59,487 nucleotides of DNA from a virus, in the IMG/VR virus record IMGVR_UViG_3300027896_005002, positions 1 to 59,487 of that record. One strand, 5' to 3'. Below, piece by piece: positions 9,154 to 19,200 of the stretch. The translations under genes and the position numbers were made by a program. Each line of letters begins with the position of its first letter. Position 1 is the first letter of the stretch. Under the pieces are notes generated by a model. That model searched no databases. It saw only the letters and a program-made list of their open reading frames with translations, and had not been told where the DNA came from.

Positions 9154-9680
9154 CCAGATAACACTTGAAAATTAATGCCTGTACTTATTTGTCCTACGCC
9201 ATAATATAAAGTATTACATGCTCCTGATTGTTTTGCTGCACCATCAACTGTGTTTGATCCTCCTGTCGAAGCAATATCTGAACCTATACAATTTTCACTT
9301 CTTGTTCTATAAACACTAAATGTATTAGCTTTTGAGATTGTTTGTCCAAATTGTGTGTCTGTTATTTCCCAAACAATAGTATATTGCCCCGGATAAGTTA
9401 TTGGTGTCCATATATAATTAGCATAATATTGTCCAGTTGCATATCTTGATGCTATTTGATTTGTTTGATATTTTACAGGTTTATTTTTTGGACATGTAAT
9501 ACTATAACGAACCATATAAGGATCAAATAAAATATTATTAAAATATGTAAAAATAGACATGTACTTCACAACATTTGGAGCACTACTTTGAAAACCTTTT
9601 ATTTGTGATCCAAAAAAGTTTAAAATAGCTTGACCAGTTCCATTACTGGTGCAAATTATTTCAGAACCATTATAAATCAT
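9138..9680 (-). CDS. Hypothetical protein (180 aa, Gly/Cys-rich C-terminus SGCGCA)
   Basis: ORF with 16-nt overlap to the downstream gene; no recognisable motif. Confidence 0.4.
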   Translation of the reverse strand: MIYNGSEIICTSNGTGQAILNFFGSQIKGFQSSAPNVVKYMSIFTYFNNILFDPYMVRYSITCPKNKPVKYQTNQIASRYATGQYYANYIWTPITYPGQYTIVWEITDTQFGQTISKANTFSVYRTRSENCIGSDIASTGGSNTVDGAAKQSGACNTLYYGVGQISTGINFQVLSGCGCA

Positions 9681-9681
9681 A

Positions 9682-10062
9682 TTAGTGAGGTACCCTATAA
9701 TATAAAGAATTTAAAGTTAAAGTATCACCAGTAGAATAATTAACACCAACAAGTTCAATATCTCCGCCACTGCCTTCAATAGTAACAGTTCCAGATATTT
9801 TAACCACTGACAAATTATCAAGTATTTGAAATTTAGTTACTGTTCCGGTAGTTGTAACAGTTGCACTTTTTGGAAAACTATTTGCAATAGCTTGACCACT
9901 GACTGACAGCGCAAATGCTACTACATCTAAAAGTATAGTTGCAACTGTTAAATTTGCATCTGTTAAAAAAATTATTGATCCAGCATTTAATTCACCACAA
10001 ACTGCATCAGCAATTAAATTTTTTGTAATCATATCATGTTCTATCATATTTATCCCTTTCAA
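9682..10062 (-). CDS. Hypothetical protein (126 aa)
   Basis: ORF tightly packed against its neighbours (it abuts 9138..9680 and overlaps 10059..10475 by 4 nt); no recognisable motif. Confidence 0.4.
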   Translation of the reverse strand: MKGINMIEHDMITKNLIADAVCGELNAGSIIFLTDANLTVATILLDVVAFALSVSGQAIANSFPKSATVTTTGTVTKFQILDNLSVVKISGTVTIEGSGGDIELVGVNYSTGDTLTLNSLYYRVPH

Positions 10063-10475
10063 ACAACAGCCGGTAATTCTGTAAATTTAACTAATACCGG
10101 ATTATTAATTGGTTCTGTCAATGTCGTATCTGGATATGTTGATCTGCAAAATTCACCAGCATAAAAAGCCTGTCTTGAAACATAAAAATCTTGTAAATAA
10201 GTATTAATCGCTGAATCATAATATTGTTTAATATTCCATTGTATAATATGTCGACCAACTCTAAATATTAGAGGGTCAATTCTCAATGGCACAAAATATG
10301 ATCCAATATCAAACTTCATTGGAATACTATTTATAGTCTGTCTAATAATTTCTTTAGATCCTGTTGTATAATCAAAAATTGTGTAAGAAATATAATAAGG
10401 ATCAGTCAACTGTTCACCATTGAAAATATAAATATGTAAATCATTTTTTGATAGTATTTTTCCTAAATAAATCAT
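10059..10475 (-). CDS. Hypothetical virion-associated protein, paralog of the 8236..9153 N-terminal domain
   Basis: See the alignment given for 8236..9153. Confidence 0.45.
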   Translation of the reverse strand: MIYLGKILSKNDLHIYIFNGEQLTDPYYISYTIFDYTTGSKEIIRQTINSIPMKFDIGSYFVPLRIDPLIFRVGRHIIQWNIKQYYDSAINTYLQDFYVSRQAFYAGEFCRSTYPDTTLTEPINNPVLVKFTELPAVV

Positions 10476-10477
10476 AT

Positions 10478-10825
10478 TTATTCTTTCGTAAACTTAACAA
10501 CTAATCCTCCAGCAAAATAACCATCAGATAATACTTGAAATTCTCTTTCTGATGTCATGTCATAATGTGTATCTGGGTTTTCCCCTCTTGCATGAACATA
10601 ATATTTTTGATTAATTAATGCTGTTGATGGTATTAGCCATTGCATTGCATAAAGCCCTGTATCCAAATGTGTTAAGCTTGTTAATGGTACAACTAATACT
10701 TCTGTACTACCATTAAAATATGTAACAGTATAAGCTGCATTAAACACATCAATTAGTTGGCCTGTGTCATCCATAAATGTAAATTCAAAGTCTACAACGT
10801 CATTTCTTTTATAAATTGATGCCAT
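10478..10825 (-). CDS. Hypothetical small beta-rich protein (115 aa)
   Basis: ORF; no diagnostic motif. Confidence 0.4.
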   Translation of the reverse strand: MASIYKRNDVVDFEFTFMDDTGQLIDVFNAAYTVTYFNGSTEVLVVPLTSLTHLDTGLYAMQWLIPSTALINQKYYVHARGENPDTHYDMTSEREFQVLSDGYFAGGLVVKFTKE

Positions 10826-10894
10826 AATACCCTCACTTAAATTGATAATACAATATGTTATCTATTATTAAAAAATCAAAACAAAATAAAATCG

Positions 10895-11644
10895 TCATAC
10901 ATTACGAACATTCTCTATTTTATTATAAGTACTTATGCAATTCCTCAATCCATCATCTATTTTAATTTTTGCTTGCCAATTTGGTACTATTACATTTTTA
11001 TTATCATCTGCAAAATCATTTTGCATTTCTATAACATTTTCAATATTTTCAACAAAAGACAATGGCAATTCAAGCATCATTAATATTTTTCTAATAATAT
11101 TATATTCACTTATTTTAATATTAGTCTTTGCTACATATGTAATGCCGCTTTTTCCATGATTTAAAATGCATTCTATCGCGGAACAACAGTCACTAATGTA
11201 TATCCAATCATACATACTTGAACCATCGTTTTTAATCATCACTAATTCTCTACTAACTGCATTAATAATAGATTTTGGAATAAATTTTTGAAGTTGTTGT
11301 CGAGGACCATAACATCGAGCAAGTCTAATAACTATATCAGACTGCACAGGATCATCATTCCATGATAAAACTTGAATAAATCTTTTTACATTACATTTAA
11401 TTTGTTGTGGAATGAAATTAATAACAATATCAATGTCATATAGTTTAAATAAATGCTCTGATTTATTAATATCTATCTTTTCAAATACAACTGTATCTCT
11501 TACTTTATCTAAATTTTTTGTTTCTTCCTTATCAATAACAATGATTCTATCATTATTATATTTAGCATTTAATAATTCAACAAAATGAGACCCGACAAAA
11601 CCCATTCCACCAATTACTAAAATTGTTTTATTGTAATTTCTCAT
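10895..11644 (-). CDS. NAD(P)-dependent epimerase/dehydratase-like protein (short-chain dehydrogenase/reductase fold), apparently truncated
   Basis: Seen in sequence: N-terminal Rossmann motif ILVIGGMGFVGSHFVELL (GxxGxxG). ARCYGPRQQLQKFIPK resembles the (V/N)YGPxQ..EKLIP segment that follows the catalytic YxxxK in dTDP-glucose 4,6-dehydratase and GalE-like enzymes. At 249 aa it is about 60-100 aa shorter than those enzymes, and I could not locate a clear YxxxK. Confidence 0.55.
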   Translation of the reverse strand: MRNYNKTILVIGGMGFVGSHFVELLNAKYNNDRIIVIDKEETKNLDKVRDTVVFEKIDINKSEHLFKLYDIDIVINFIPQQIKCNVKRFIQVLSWNDDPVQSDIVIRLARCYGPRQQLQKFIPKSIINAVSRELVMIKNDGSSMYDWIYISDCCSAIECILNHGKSGITYVAKTNIKISEYNIIRKILMMLELPLSFVENIENVIEMQNDFADDNKNVIVPNWQAKIKIDDGLRNCISTYNKIENVRNV

Positions 11645-11788
11645 TCTTTTTTTCTTTTATTTTAATAGCGCCAACTACTTCCATATTAGTCTTCACTTTA
11701 TCATTATTCATCATTTTATTACTTTGATTCATAAGATTTTTGGCATCTTTTTTTCTTTCATGTAAATGTAATGAATATTCAATTTCAT

Positions 11789-12775
11789 TCATAATCCCTC
11801 CATTCTCAAATTTTCAAATAATATCTTTTGCTTATCTGTTAATTGTATTGGAATATCAACAATAAACTCAATAATCTCATGTCCTCTAACTTTAGTTATT
11901 CTGTCCGGTAAACCTTTATTTTTAATAATTAATTGTCTAACATTTATAATATTTGGACTTACCATTATTTCATTATCATTTTCACATAACATCTTAATAT
12001 TAATTTTACAACCTAATACAGCTTGTGATAATGACAAATGTGCAGTATAAATAATATCTTGCCCTCGTCTAGCAAAATATTCATGAGATTTAATTTTCAA
12101 TTGTACTACTAAATTTCCACAAAGACCGTTATTCTCACCACAATGACCATAATATTTTAATATTATAATATTCTCATTTACTCCCACATCTATATCTAAT
12201 GTAGCAATCGAATCTTTTAATACTCTACCGGTCCCAGAACAATTATTACAATCTAGCTTTAGAGCATGCCCTGACCCATTACATTTTGAACATATAATAA
12301 CGTTATTTATAGTAAAATATCCCATTGTTTTAGTATTAAATAGCTTTCCTTGACCTTTACAATTGGGACATATTTGTTTTTCAAAATTTGTCGTGCCACT
12401 GCCAGAACAACAAACACATTTTTCATATTTTTTATATTTTATTGTTTTCTTACAACCTTTTAACACTTCCTCAAACGTTAAGTCTAAATTAATTGCTATA
12501 TCTTTGCCTGTTGATCCTCGACGAATTGTTGAAAATGAAAAATTTGAAAAATCAAATTGCTGTTGTAAATCATATTGTTGTCTTTTGATGGGATCTTTAA
12601 GAACATCATATGCTGCAGTTACTTCAGTGAATTTTGATGCAGCTTCGCTACTATGATTTTTATCAGGATGGAAATCTTTTGCGAGTTTAAAATATGCAGA
12701 TTTTATTTGACTATCAGTCGCATCCTTAGATAATCCAAGTATTGAATAATAATCTTTATTAACAACCCTAGCCAT
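11789..12775 (-). CDS. dnaJ: DnaJ-type (Hsp40, type I) co-chaperone with J domain and four CxxCxGxG zinc-finger repeats
   Basis: Seen in sequence: J domain DYYSILGLSKDATDSQIKSAYFKLAKDFHPDKN with the HPD motif. Zinc-finger repeats are CVCCSGSGT, CPNCKGQGK, CSKCNGSGH and CNNCSGTGR. A C-terminal substrate-binding region follows. I take the ATG at 12775 as the start; the ORF track extends to a TTG at 12787. Confidence 0.8.
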   Translation of the reverse strand: MARVVNKDYYSILGLSKDATDSQIKSAYFKLAKDFHPDKNHSSEAASKFTEVTAAYDVLKDPIKRQQYDLQQQFDFSNFSFSTIRRGSTGKDIAINLDLTFEEVLKGCKKTIKYKKYEKCVCCSGSGTTNFEKQICPNCKGQGKLFNTKTMGYFTINNVIICSKCNGSGHALKLDCNNCSGTGRVLKDSIATLDIDVGVNENIIILKYYGHCGENNGLCGNLVVQLKIKSHEYFARRGQDIIYTAHLSLSQAVLGCKINIKMLCENDNEIMVSPNIINVRQLIIKNKGLPDRITKVRGHEIIEFIVDIPIQLTDKQKILFENLRMEGL

Positions 12776-12783
12776 ATCTACTG

Positions 12784-13302
12784 TCAATCAGAATCAGACG
12801 TGATATGACACATCGTTTTCAATGACCTGGTGGCATCCGTATAATCAGACGCATTTACAATACATTTCTTATCAGAAATATTATTGAAATATCCTAATTT
12901 TAATTCTAAAATTGATAAATTAGACGACGTTGGATCAAATACAAAAATAGTTTTTGAATTTTTATGACTAACAGATTCAATACTACATTTTTTTGTTTTT
13001 AAATATGAAGCAAAATATAAATCAGGTGTAATAATTTTATTTTCATCATTATCAAGATGACATAATGTTTTTAAAGCCCTAATAGCATCAGCGAAAGCAA
13101 TAGCTATTACAGAACATTTTTCTGAATGGTCATTATTGAAATATCCATGTTTTAATTCTTGAGCTGATAATTTAGAATCACTGATATCAAAAACAAATGT
13201 TGTTTTCGATCCTTCTCTTTCAATGTCAACTATCTGGCAGGATTTTGCTTTCAAATAGGCGGCAAAATATAAATCAGATGTCGATAATTTTTGTTCATTC
13301 AT
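12784..13302 (-). CDS. Hypothetical protein made of two tandem ~80-aa homologous domains
   Basis: Seen in sequence: DLYFAAYLKAKSCQIVDIEREGSKTTFVFDISDSKLSAQELKHGYFNNDHSEKCSVIAIAFADAIRALKTLCH and DLYFASYLKTKKCSIESVSHKNSKTIFVFDPTSSNLSILELKLGYFNNISDKKCIVNASDYTDATRSLKTMCH are clearly homologous. Confidence 0.5.
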   Translation of the reverse strand: MNEQKLSTSDLYFAAYLKAKSCQIVDIEREGSKTTFVFDISDSKLSAQELKHGYFNNDHSEKCSVIAIAFADAIRALKTLCHLDNDENKIITPDLYFASYLKTKKCSIESVSHKNSKTIFVFDPTSSNLSILELKLGYFNNISDKKCIVNASDYTDATRSLKTMCHITSDSD

Positions 13303-13314
13303 ATTTCATCCTAT

Positions 13315-13833
13315 TTACATTTTTTTTATTTTTTTCTGAATTTCTGCAAGCTTCTCACTAACAGTATCTATAAAAGCTTCTAATTCCACTTTATTATCAG
13401 CAATGTCGTCTTTTATCTTTTTTATTAATGTAGCTACATCAGCTCTAGTTTTCTTAATTTCACTATTATCATTATTAGATTCATGAGTATGGTTTTTTAA
13501 AGAAACAACAGTATCATTTATTTTTGTAATCTTATTTACTATTTCATTAAGCAATTCATTTATTGATTCAAATTGCCGTAAATTATTTGACCGTTCTTCA
13601 TCAACTAATGTTTCAATTACAACAATTTTCTGATTAATGTCACTACATGAATTATCAATGTGATTTGAGAGTGACAATCCGTGATCAGTAATAGTGTTAA
13701 TAGCTGAACGAATTACATCATTTTCAATTTTTGAAATTTTACTGTCAATTCTATTATCAAATTGACCCAATTCAATCTGTTTTGCTAAAATTTCTTTTAC
13801 TATTTTTTCAATCCATTCTCTAAATCCAAACAT
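13315..13833 (-). CDS. Hypothetical coiled-coil protein (172 aa)
   Basis: AAGGAG Shine-Dalgarno 8 nt upstream of the ATG at 13833; Glu/Lys/Ile-rich heptad-like sequence. Confidence 0.45.
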   Translation of the reverse strand: MFGFREWIEKIVKEILAKQIELGQFDNRIDSKISKIENDVIRSAINTITDHGLSLSNHIDNSCSDINQKIVVIETLVDEERSNNLRQFESINELLNEIVNKITKINDTVVSLKNHTHESNNDNSEIKKTRADVATLIKKIKDDIADNKVELEAFIDTVSEKLAEIQKKIKKM

Positions 13834-13860
13834 ATTAATCTCCTTAATTTTATTAATCTA

Positions 13861-13890
13861 AAAAGGGAGCTCGATCGAACTCCCTTTTTT
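13861..13890. terminator. Bidirectional rho-independent terminator hairpin (aaaaGGGAGcTCGAtcgaaCTCCCtttttt)
   Basis: Seen in sequence: a GGGAG/CTCCC stem extended through an inner TCGA/TCGA, flanked by an A-run and a T-run. It sits 12 nt downstream of the stop of 13903..14316 on the minus strand. Confidence 0.6.
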
Positions 13891-13902
13891 ACGATCTTAA
13901 AA

Positions 13903-14316
13903 TTAACCAATGCAAATAATCAATGCCTGCGATGATCCTAAACTACTAGTTACTGTTGTTGTTGTCAATGCAGCATTATGAACAATTGTAATTCCACTAA
14001 GAACTACTGCAGGCGCTGTAGGAGTTGTATTATTGATAACTTGCACTCGAGGAATAACACCCAAATTATGAGTTATCACAATTGAACCACCATTGCTTAG
14101 CGTTGCAGTATCATTAATGCTAATCTTATTTGCAGCAAGAAAACGATGAATGTCACCAGCCTGATAGCTCAAAAGAACTTCTGTTGTGTCCAGAAGATAC
14201 TTCGAAGCACCAGCATTCAATTTAATATCACGAAGAATTGGTGACACACCTTTGATGTAACTTCCAAGATCATTGAACTCCAATACTCCACTTGACAAAA
14301 GACTTGTAATCTTCAT
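13903..14316 (-). CDS. Hypothetical structural protein (137 aa)
   Basis: ORF with a GGAGGAG Shine-Dalgarno upstream (plus-strand ctcctcc at about 14323-14329); followed by a terminator. Confidence 0.45.
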   Translation of the reverse strand: MKITSLLSSGVLEFNDLGSYIKGVSPILRDIKLNAGASKYLLDTTEVLLSYQAGDIHRFLAANKISINDTATLSNGGSIVITHNLGVIPRVQVINNTTPTAPAVVLSGITIVHNAALTTTTVTSSLGSSQALIICIG

Positions 14317-14339
14317 ACAATCTCCTCCTATGTTTTAAA

Positions 14340-14822
14340 TTAAGTTGTTGTTACCAATTTACCACTCGTATCAACTGCTGTAGGTATGAATCGTTTTTCT
14401 GCATCGTTCCAACCTACTACAGCAGTTGTCCGTAATTCTGGATATTGCAATCTCATTAAGCCATTAGCCGTATACGGTGCAATAACTATCGGGCCCTCAA
14501 ATGCTTGTTCGGCACCTGAAATGACCGCTTTCATTTTAATGTAATTTGTAATATCATTATTCCATCCGGGTATCAAACTTGGAACAACATTCAATACTAC
14601 TTTTTTGTAATAAGAACGAATTCCAAATGCTTCTGGCTGAATATTAGGACCATTCTGTACACTACCTAATAATTTACTAAATCCACCGGAAGATGAAGAA
14701 TCCCAATATACATTATAAGATTCAGGTGTCGTCAAATTACTTGCATTTGGTCTAACGGGCCACATCAAGGTTATCCGATCAGACAACCTATAAACTACTT
14801 GAATCTTATTATTTATTGCCAC
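14340..14822 (-). CDS. Hypothetical structural protein (160 aa)
   Basis: ORF with a Shine-Dalgarno; no diagnostic motif. Confidence 0.45.
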   Translation of the reverse strand: MAINNKIQVVYRLSDRITLMWPVRPNASNLTTPESYNVYWDSSSSGGFSKLLGSVQNGPNIQPEAFGIRSYYKKVVLNVVPSLIPGWNNDITNYIKMKAVISGAEQAFEGPIVIAPYTANGLMRLQYPELRTTAVVGWNDAEKRFIPTAVDTSGKLVTTT

Positions 14823-14837
14823 TTGCCCGTCTCCTGT

Positions 14838-15311
14838 TTAAGATTTTTTACCAATTTTCATCTTATTTCTAATTTTCATCTTAATTTCTTTCTTAATATC
14901 AGCTGCTGTATGCTTTGCCTCAACTGGTCTTCTATCATCTCTTGCAGCAACTAATTCATCAACGCCAGGTGTAACTTCATCTGCTAATTGATCAGGTTCG
15001 AATTCCTTTGCACCAAGTACACCTTCATCAATTCTTCTTTTTTCAGCTTTTGGCCCATTAACTTTTACTTTACCAATCGCAGGCTTTAATGGCTCAGTCT
15101 CATCCTGCTGCTGATTTTTTATTAAATTACGTTTCAAAATTGAAGCTGCTTCTGCATCCGAAATCTTTATAATCCATCGCGCCCTAAGTGCAGCAGCCAT
15201 AGATCTTGAAGATAATTCATAATTTTCATCTTTTGGGTCAAAAACATCATCTTTATCTAAATAAATGTTTTTGTCAGTTAATCTGAATTTTTCTTGAACT
15301 AAATACTTCAT
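14838..15311 (-). CDS. Hypothetical highly charged protein (157 aa)
   Basis: ORF with a GGAGGA Shine-Dalgarno upstream. Confidence 0.4.
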   Translation of the reverse strand: MKYLVQEKFRLTDKNIYLDKDDVFDPKDENYELSSRSMAAALRARWIIKISDAEAASILKRNLIKNQQQDETEPLKPAIGKVKVNGPKAEKRRIDEGVLGAKEFEPDQLADEVTPGVDELVAARDDRRPVEAKHTAADIKKEIKMKIRNKMKIGKKS

Positions 15312-15352
15312 TTTAATCCTCCATTCATATAAATTTTTTGAATTTGTTTAAT

Positions 15353-16108
15353 TTATTTATCCGCTTTGCCAACTTCATCTCTTTTATCTTTGAATGTTCC
15401 AGGACCAATATCTATCCATTCTTTATCTCCAGTCTGAGAATCCATATTAGCATCTGGATCATCTTTCTTCTCATTATGCTCGGAAGGATGAGTTGCTTCT
15501 TTTTTCAATAATTCTGCTGTTGCTTGCTGAATCAAACCTTCATCATCATCAGCCAATTCTTCTTCTTCAAGATCACTATCAAGTCCAAGATCATCATCAC
15601 TAACATCACCTTCAGGCGCACCAATTTCTTCACTATAATCTTCATCCTCTTTTTCCATGTCATCAGCCATCTTATTCAAATTAACAGCTGATTTTGTCAA
15701 ATTGGCGGCAGTACGTCTCAAACTGCTTGCAGTAGCAGCAGCTCGACCAATAGCATCTCTTTTATCACTTTGCCAATTATTCTTAGGAGCAACTTCCTCT
15801 TCATGACCTTTACCAATCTGACCAGTTTGACCCTTACCTGCATCATAATCATTCTGGACAGTTGCATCATATCCCGACGACAATTCATCAATATAACTAG
15901 CTTTCCTTGAACCTTTCATTTTTTCCTCCTTACAATTATTTATTTGACTATTATCGGATGCATGAATCTCGTAATCTGTCTTATCTATGGGCTGAAATAT
16001 ATTATCAAAATCACTATTATCAAAATCATGATACTTATCAACTAACCCATTATTATTTATATCATTTATCTCACGATTTGTTAATGTATGCGCTTGTCTT
16101 CTTTTCAT
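15353..16108 (-). CDS. Hypothetical strongly acidic protein (251 aa; DDDLGLDSDLEEEELADDDE)
   Basis: ORF; acidic low-complexity C-terminal half. Confidence 0.45.
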   Translation of the reverse strand: MKRRQAHTLTNREINDINNNGLVDKYHDFDNSDFDNIFQPIDKTDYEIHASDNSQINNCKEEKMKGSRKASYIDELSSGYDATVQNDYDAGKGQTGQIGKGHEEEVAPKNNWQSDKRDAIGRAAATASSLRRTAANLTKSAVNLNKMADDMEKEDEDYSEEIGAPEGDVSDDDLGLDSDLEEEELADDDEGLIQQATAELLKKEATHPSEHNEKKDDPDANMDSQTGDKEWIDIGPGTFKDKRDEVGKADK

Positions 16109-16201
16109 AATCTATATCTCACTACTTACTACAATATAAAAGAAAAATTAAATATAAAATTTATTTACTAAAATAAGTTAATTATAAATTGTGAAGAAAA
16201 T

Positions 16202-19200
16202 TTAAACTGATTTTTTTGCTTCCGCTCTAAAATTTATTAAAGGATGAGGGATTTGCTCTGGCATAATTTGTATATCAGTAAATCCCGCCCACGTTAAATG
16301 ATCCCATAACATTTCCGGATACCACCCCCATAAATGGGGTGAAGTAATATCACCTTGACCGCCCTTATCTGTAGTATTAACTGGACAAAAGAAACAATTC
16401 AATATACCATATCTTGTTTTTTTATCTGCAGTTACAAACATCTTACATAATTCTTCAATATTTGGTACTTCAATTACAAGTTTTCCACCTGGTTTTAATA
16501 TTCGTTTCCAATTGTTAAGAACCTCGACCACCTTGTATGGATTTATATGTTCTAGTAAATGCGATGCCAAAATCTCTTCAACAGAATTTTCTGGTAAATC
16601 TAATTCATAAACATCAGCAATAATCAATGCTCGCATATCATACTTATCAACACTAATATATCCAGGAAATTCCACACCACCAGATCCTAAATTCAATTTT
16701 ATGTGTTTATTGTAACGAAGCATGTTTTTCATACCATTAACTTTAATTACATGCGTACTATATTCAGGAAATTCTTTGACAGAAAAAGTTCCTTCACCAA
16801 TATGATATATTGGAAATCGACCTTCATTTGTAAAAGTAAAAATTAAATCATTATCCGGAACTACGACCTGTTTATATCCTGCAATTTGTGCTTTAACGCA
16901 AAAATCTATATCTTCTCCTCCTCCAGGACTATATGATTCATCAAGTAATCCAATCTTATCAAAAACTTTACTTCGTATCATAACGCAGAAAAATATCATT
17001 ACATCATATCCGGCATAATTATCATACAATTGTAATGGTCCAGTGATTCCCACAGTTTCATCATTCAAAAATGGATGAACTAAAATATCTATCCAGGCAT
17101 TATGCAGCAATCCCTTATCTAAAAGAATAGTATCATTATTTAAAAGAATGATATAATCACCTACTGCAGCTTTTATTCCAATGTTTGTAGCTTTAGTAAA
17201 TCCAAGTCCGTCATCATACCAAATAAGCTTAAAAGGATGACCCAAACTATCAATATAATCTGCAGTATTATCTTTACAACCATTTGCCACAACAATTATT
17301 TCAACATCGTCAAGTTTAGTAAATTTTTTAATACTATCAAGACATGGTTTCAAACAATCTTCTAAATGATTGTATGTCGGAATGACAATTGAATATTTTG
17401 GCTTTTTCTGATGTTTACTATAAAGAATGTTTCTATTATATCTCATAGTTGAGACATTTTTTTGTTTTTTGTCAATTGTTGTCGGACTACTTGGATGATA
17501 TAATGGAAAATCATTCTTTAAACCAATAGGAACAATTGAATAACCGGCTTTTGATATTCTTAAACTAAAATCAGTATCACTTAAATATCCTATTCCAAAA
17601 TTGCAGTCAAATCCATTTATTTGATCCCAAATGTATTTAGGATACATTGCGCAACCACTATGTAATGCTAGCCCTAAAAATGGGTAATCTGCAATAAAAA
17701 TTCCTGTAGCACCTGTTAATTTATCATTTAAAAATGGTTCATATAATTTGCTAATCCATGAATCAACCTCTTGAGGCAATAAAAGAGAATCATCATCAAG
17801 TAATATCAAATAAGATCCTCTAGAAGCAATTGCAGCCGAATTAACAGCAATTGGAACCCCAACTTTTTTATGATGATCTATTAATGTTATCCTTCTTTTT
17901 AAAGATTCTAAATGTGTAATAGCAGCATTATCACAACCATTTGCAGATACAATAACTTCTTTATCAATAAGATTTGTAAATTGAAACACTCTATTTAAAC
18001 AATCAGAAATAACATCATTTGAAGCACATGTCGGAATGATAATACTAAATTTTGGTCGTCTGCGCAATACTATTAAACCATTTGAACCAATTATTTCAAA
18101 ATCCATTTCCCAATTATCATTTGTTTGCAAAAAATCCTGTACAGCAAGTTGTAGTCCTTTTCTATCTAAATTAGTTTGCACTTCATCTTCTTGACCATAT
18201 TTTGTCGTATCATGCAATAAAATATATTTTCTAACTTTATTTGCATGAAGTGTTAATTCTTGTGATAATTGTTTATAAGTGTGTAATGTGTCTATAAATA
18301 ATAAATCAGTTTCTTCTATCTCAGTTGTCAAAACGTCATGCTCAATAAATTTGAAATCAATACCATTTTCTTTAGCAACATCAATAGCTTCATGAATATT
18401 TTCACATGTATAAATGTCATATGACGTCATTTTAATAGGCTTAGCTACAAGAAATGCATATGTAGAAAATACACCACGAACACCAAATTCTGTTATACAT
18501 TCGCATCTACAAGCATATTTTCTCAATGTCGGAAATAATTTGTTAATATCACATTCATGATTCAAAGCAATATTATAAATTTTTTCTAATCTACTTGCAT
18601 ATTTATCTTCTAAAATTTTGTTGTTTCTTTGAATAATTTCATTTTTCATATCTACTTTATTAAACGTTCCATTACCTTCATGATATATCGGAAAACTGTA
18701 ATCTGTCACTCCTTCACCAAATTGTTTTGATCCATCATTAGGAACTTGAACTAATCGATAACCAATTAATTCTGCTCTAAGTGAAAAATCACCATCTTCA
18801 CCCATTCCTGGATTAAAATTTTCATCTAAAAATCCTATTTCATTTACTAATGATCGTTGAAACATACAACACCAAAAAGCAATTGATGTTCGATTTATTC
18901 CTCCACAGTCCCAGATGAATTTTATAGGACCAGTTATCCCTATGTTTGCACATTCAATAAATGGATTTTTTAATATTTCTATCCATCTATTTTTAGGTTG
19001 TTCAAGTAATATAATATCATCATTCAACAAAATAATAAAATCACCCAAAGAATTTTTTAAACCTATATTTACAGCTTTAGTATAACCTATTGGTTGTTCA
19101 AATTGTATAATTTTAGTATTTTGCAAATCGCTTCTGACATTGTCACAACCATTTGCAACAACAATTAGTTCAACATTATCCAAATCGGTGTATTTAACTA

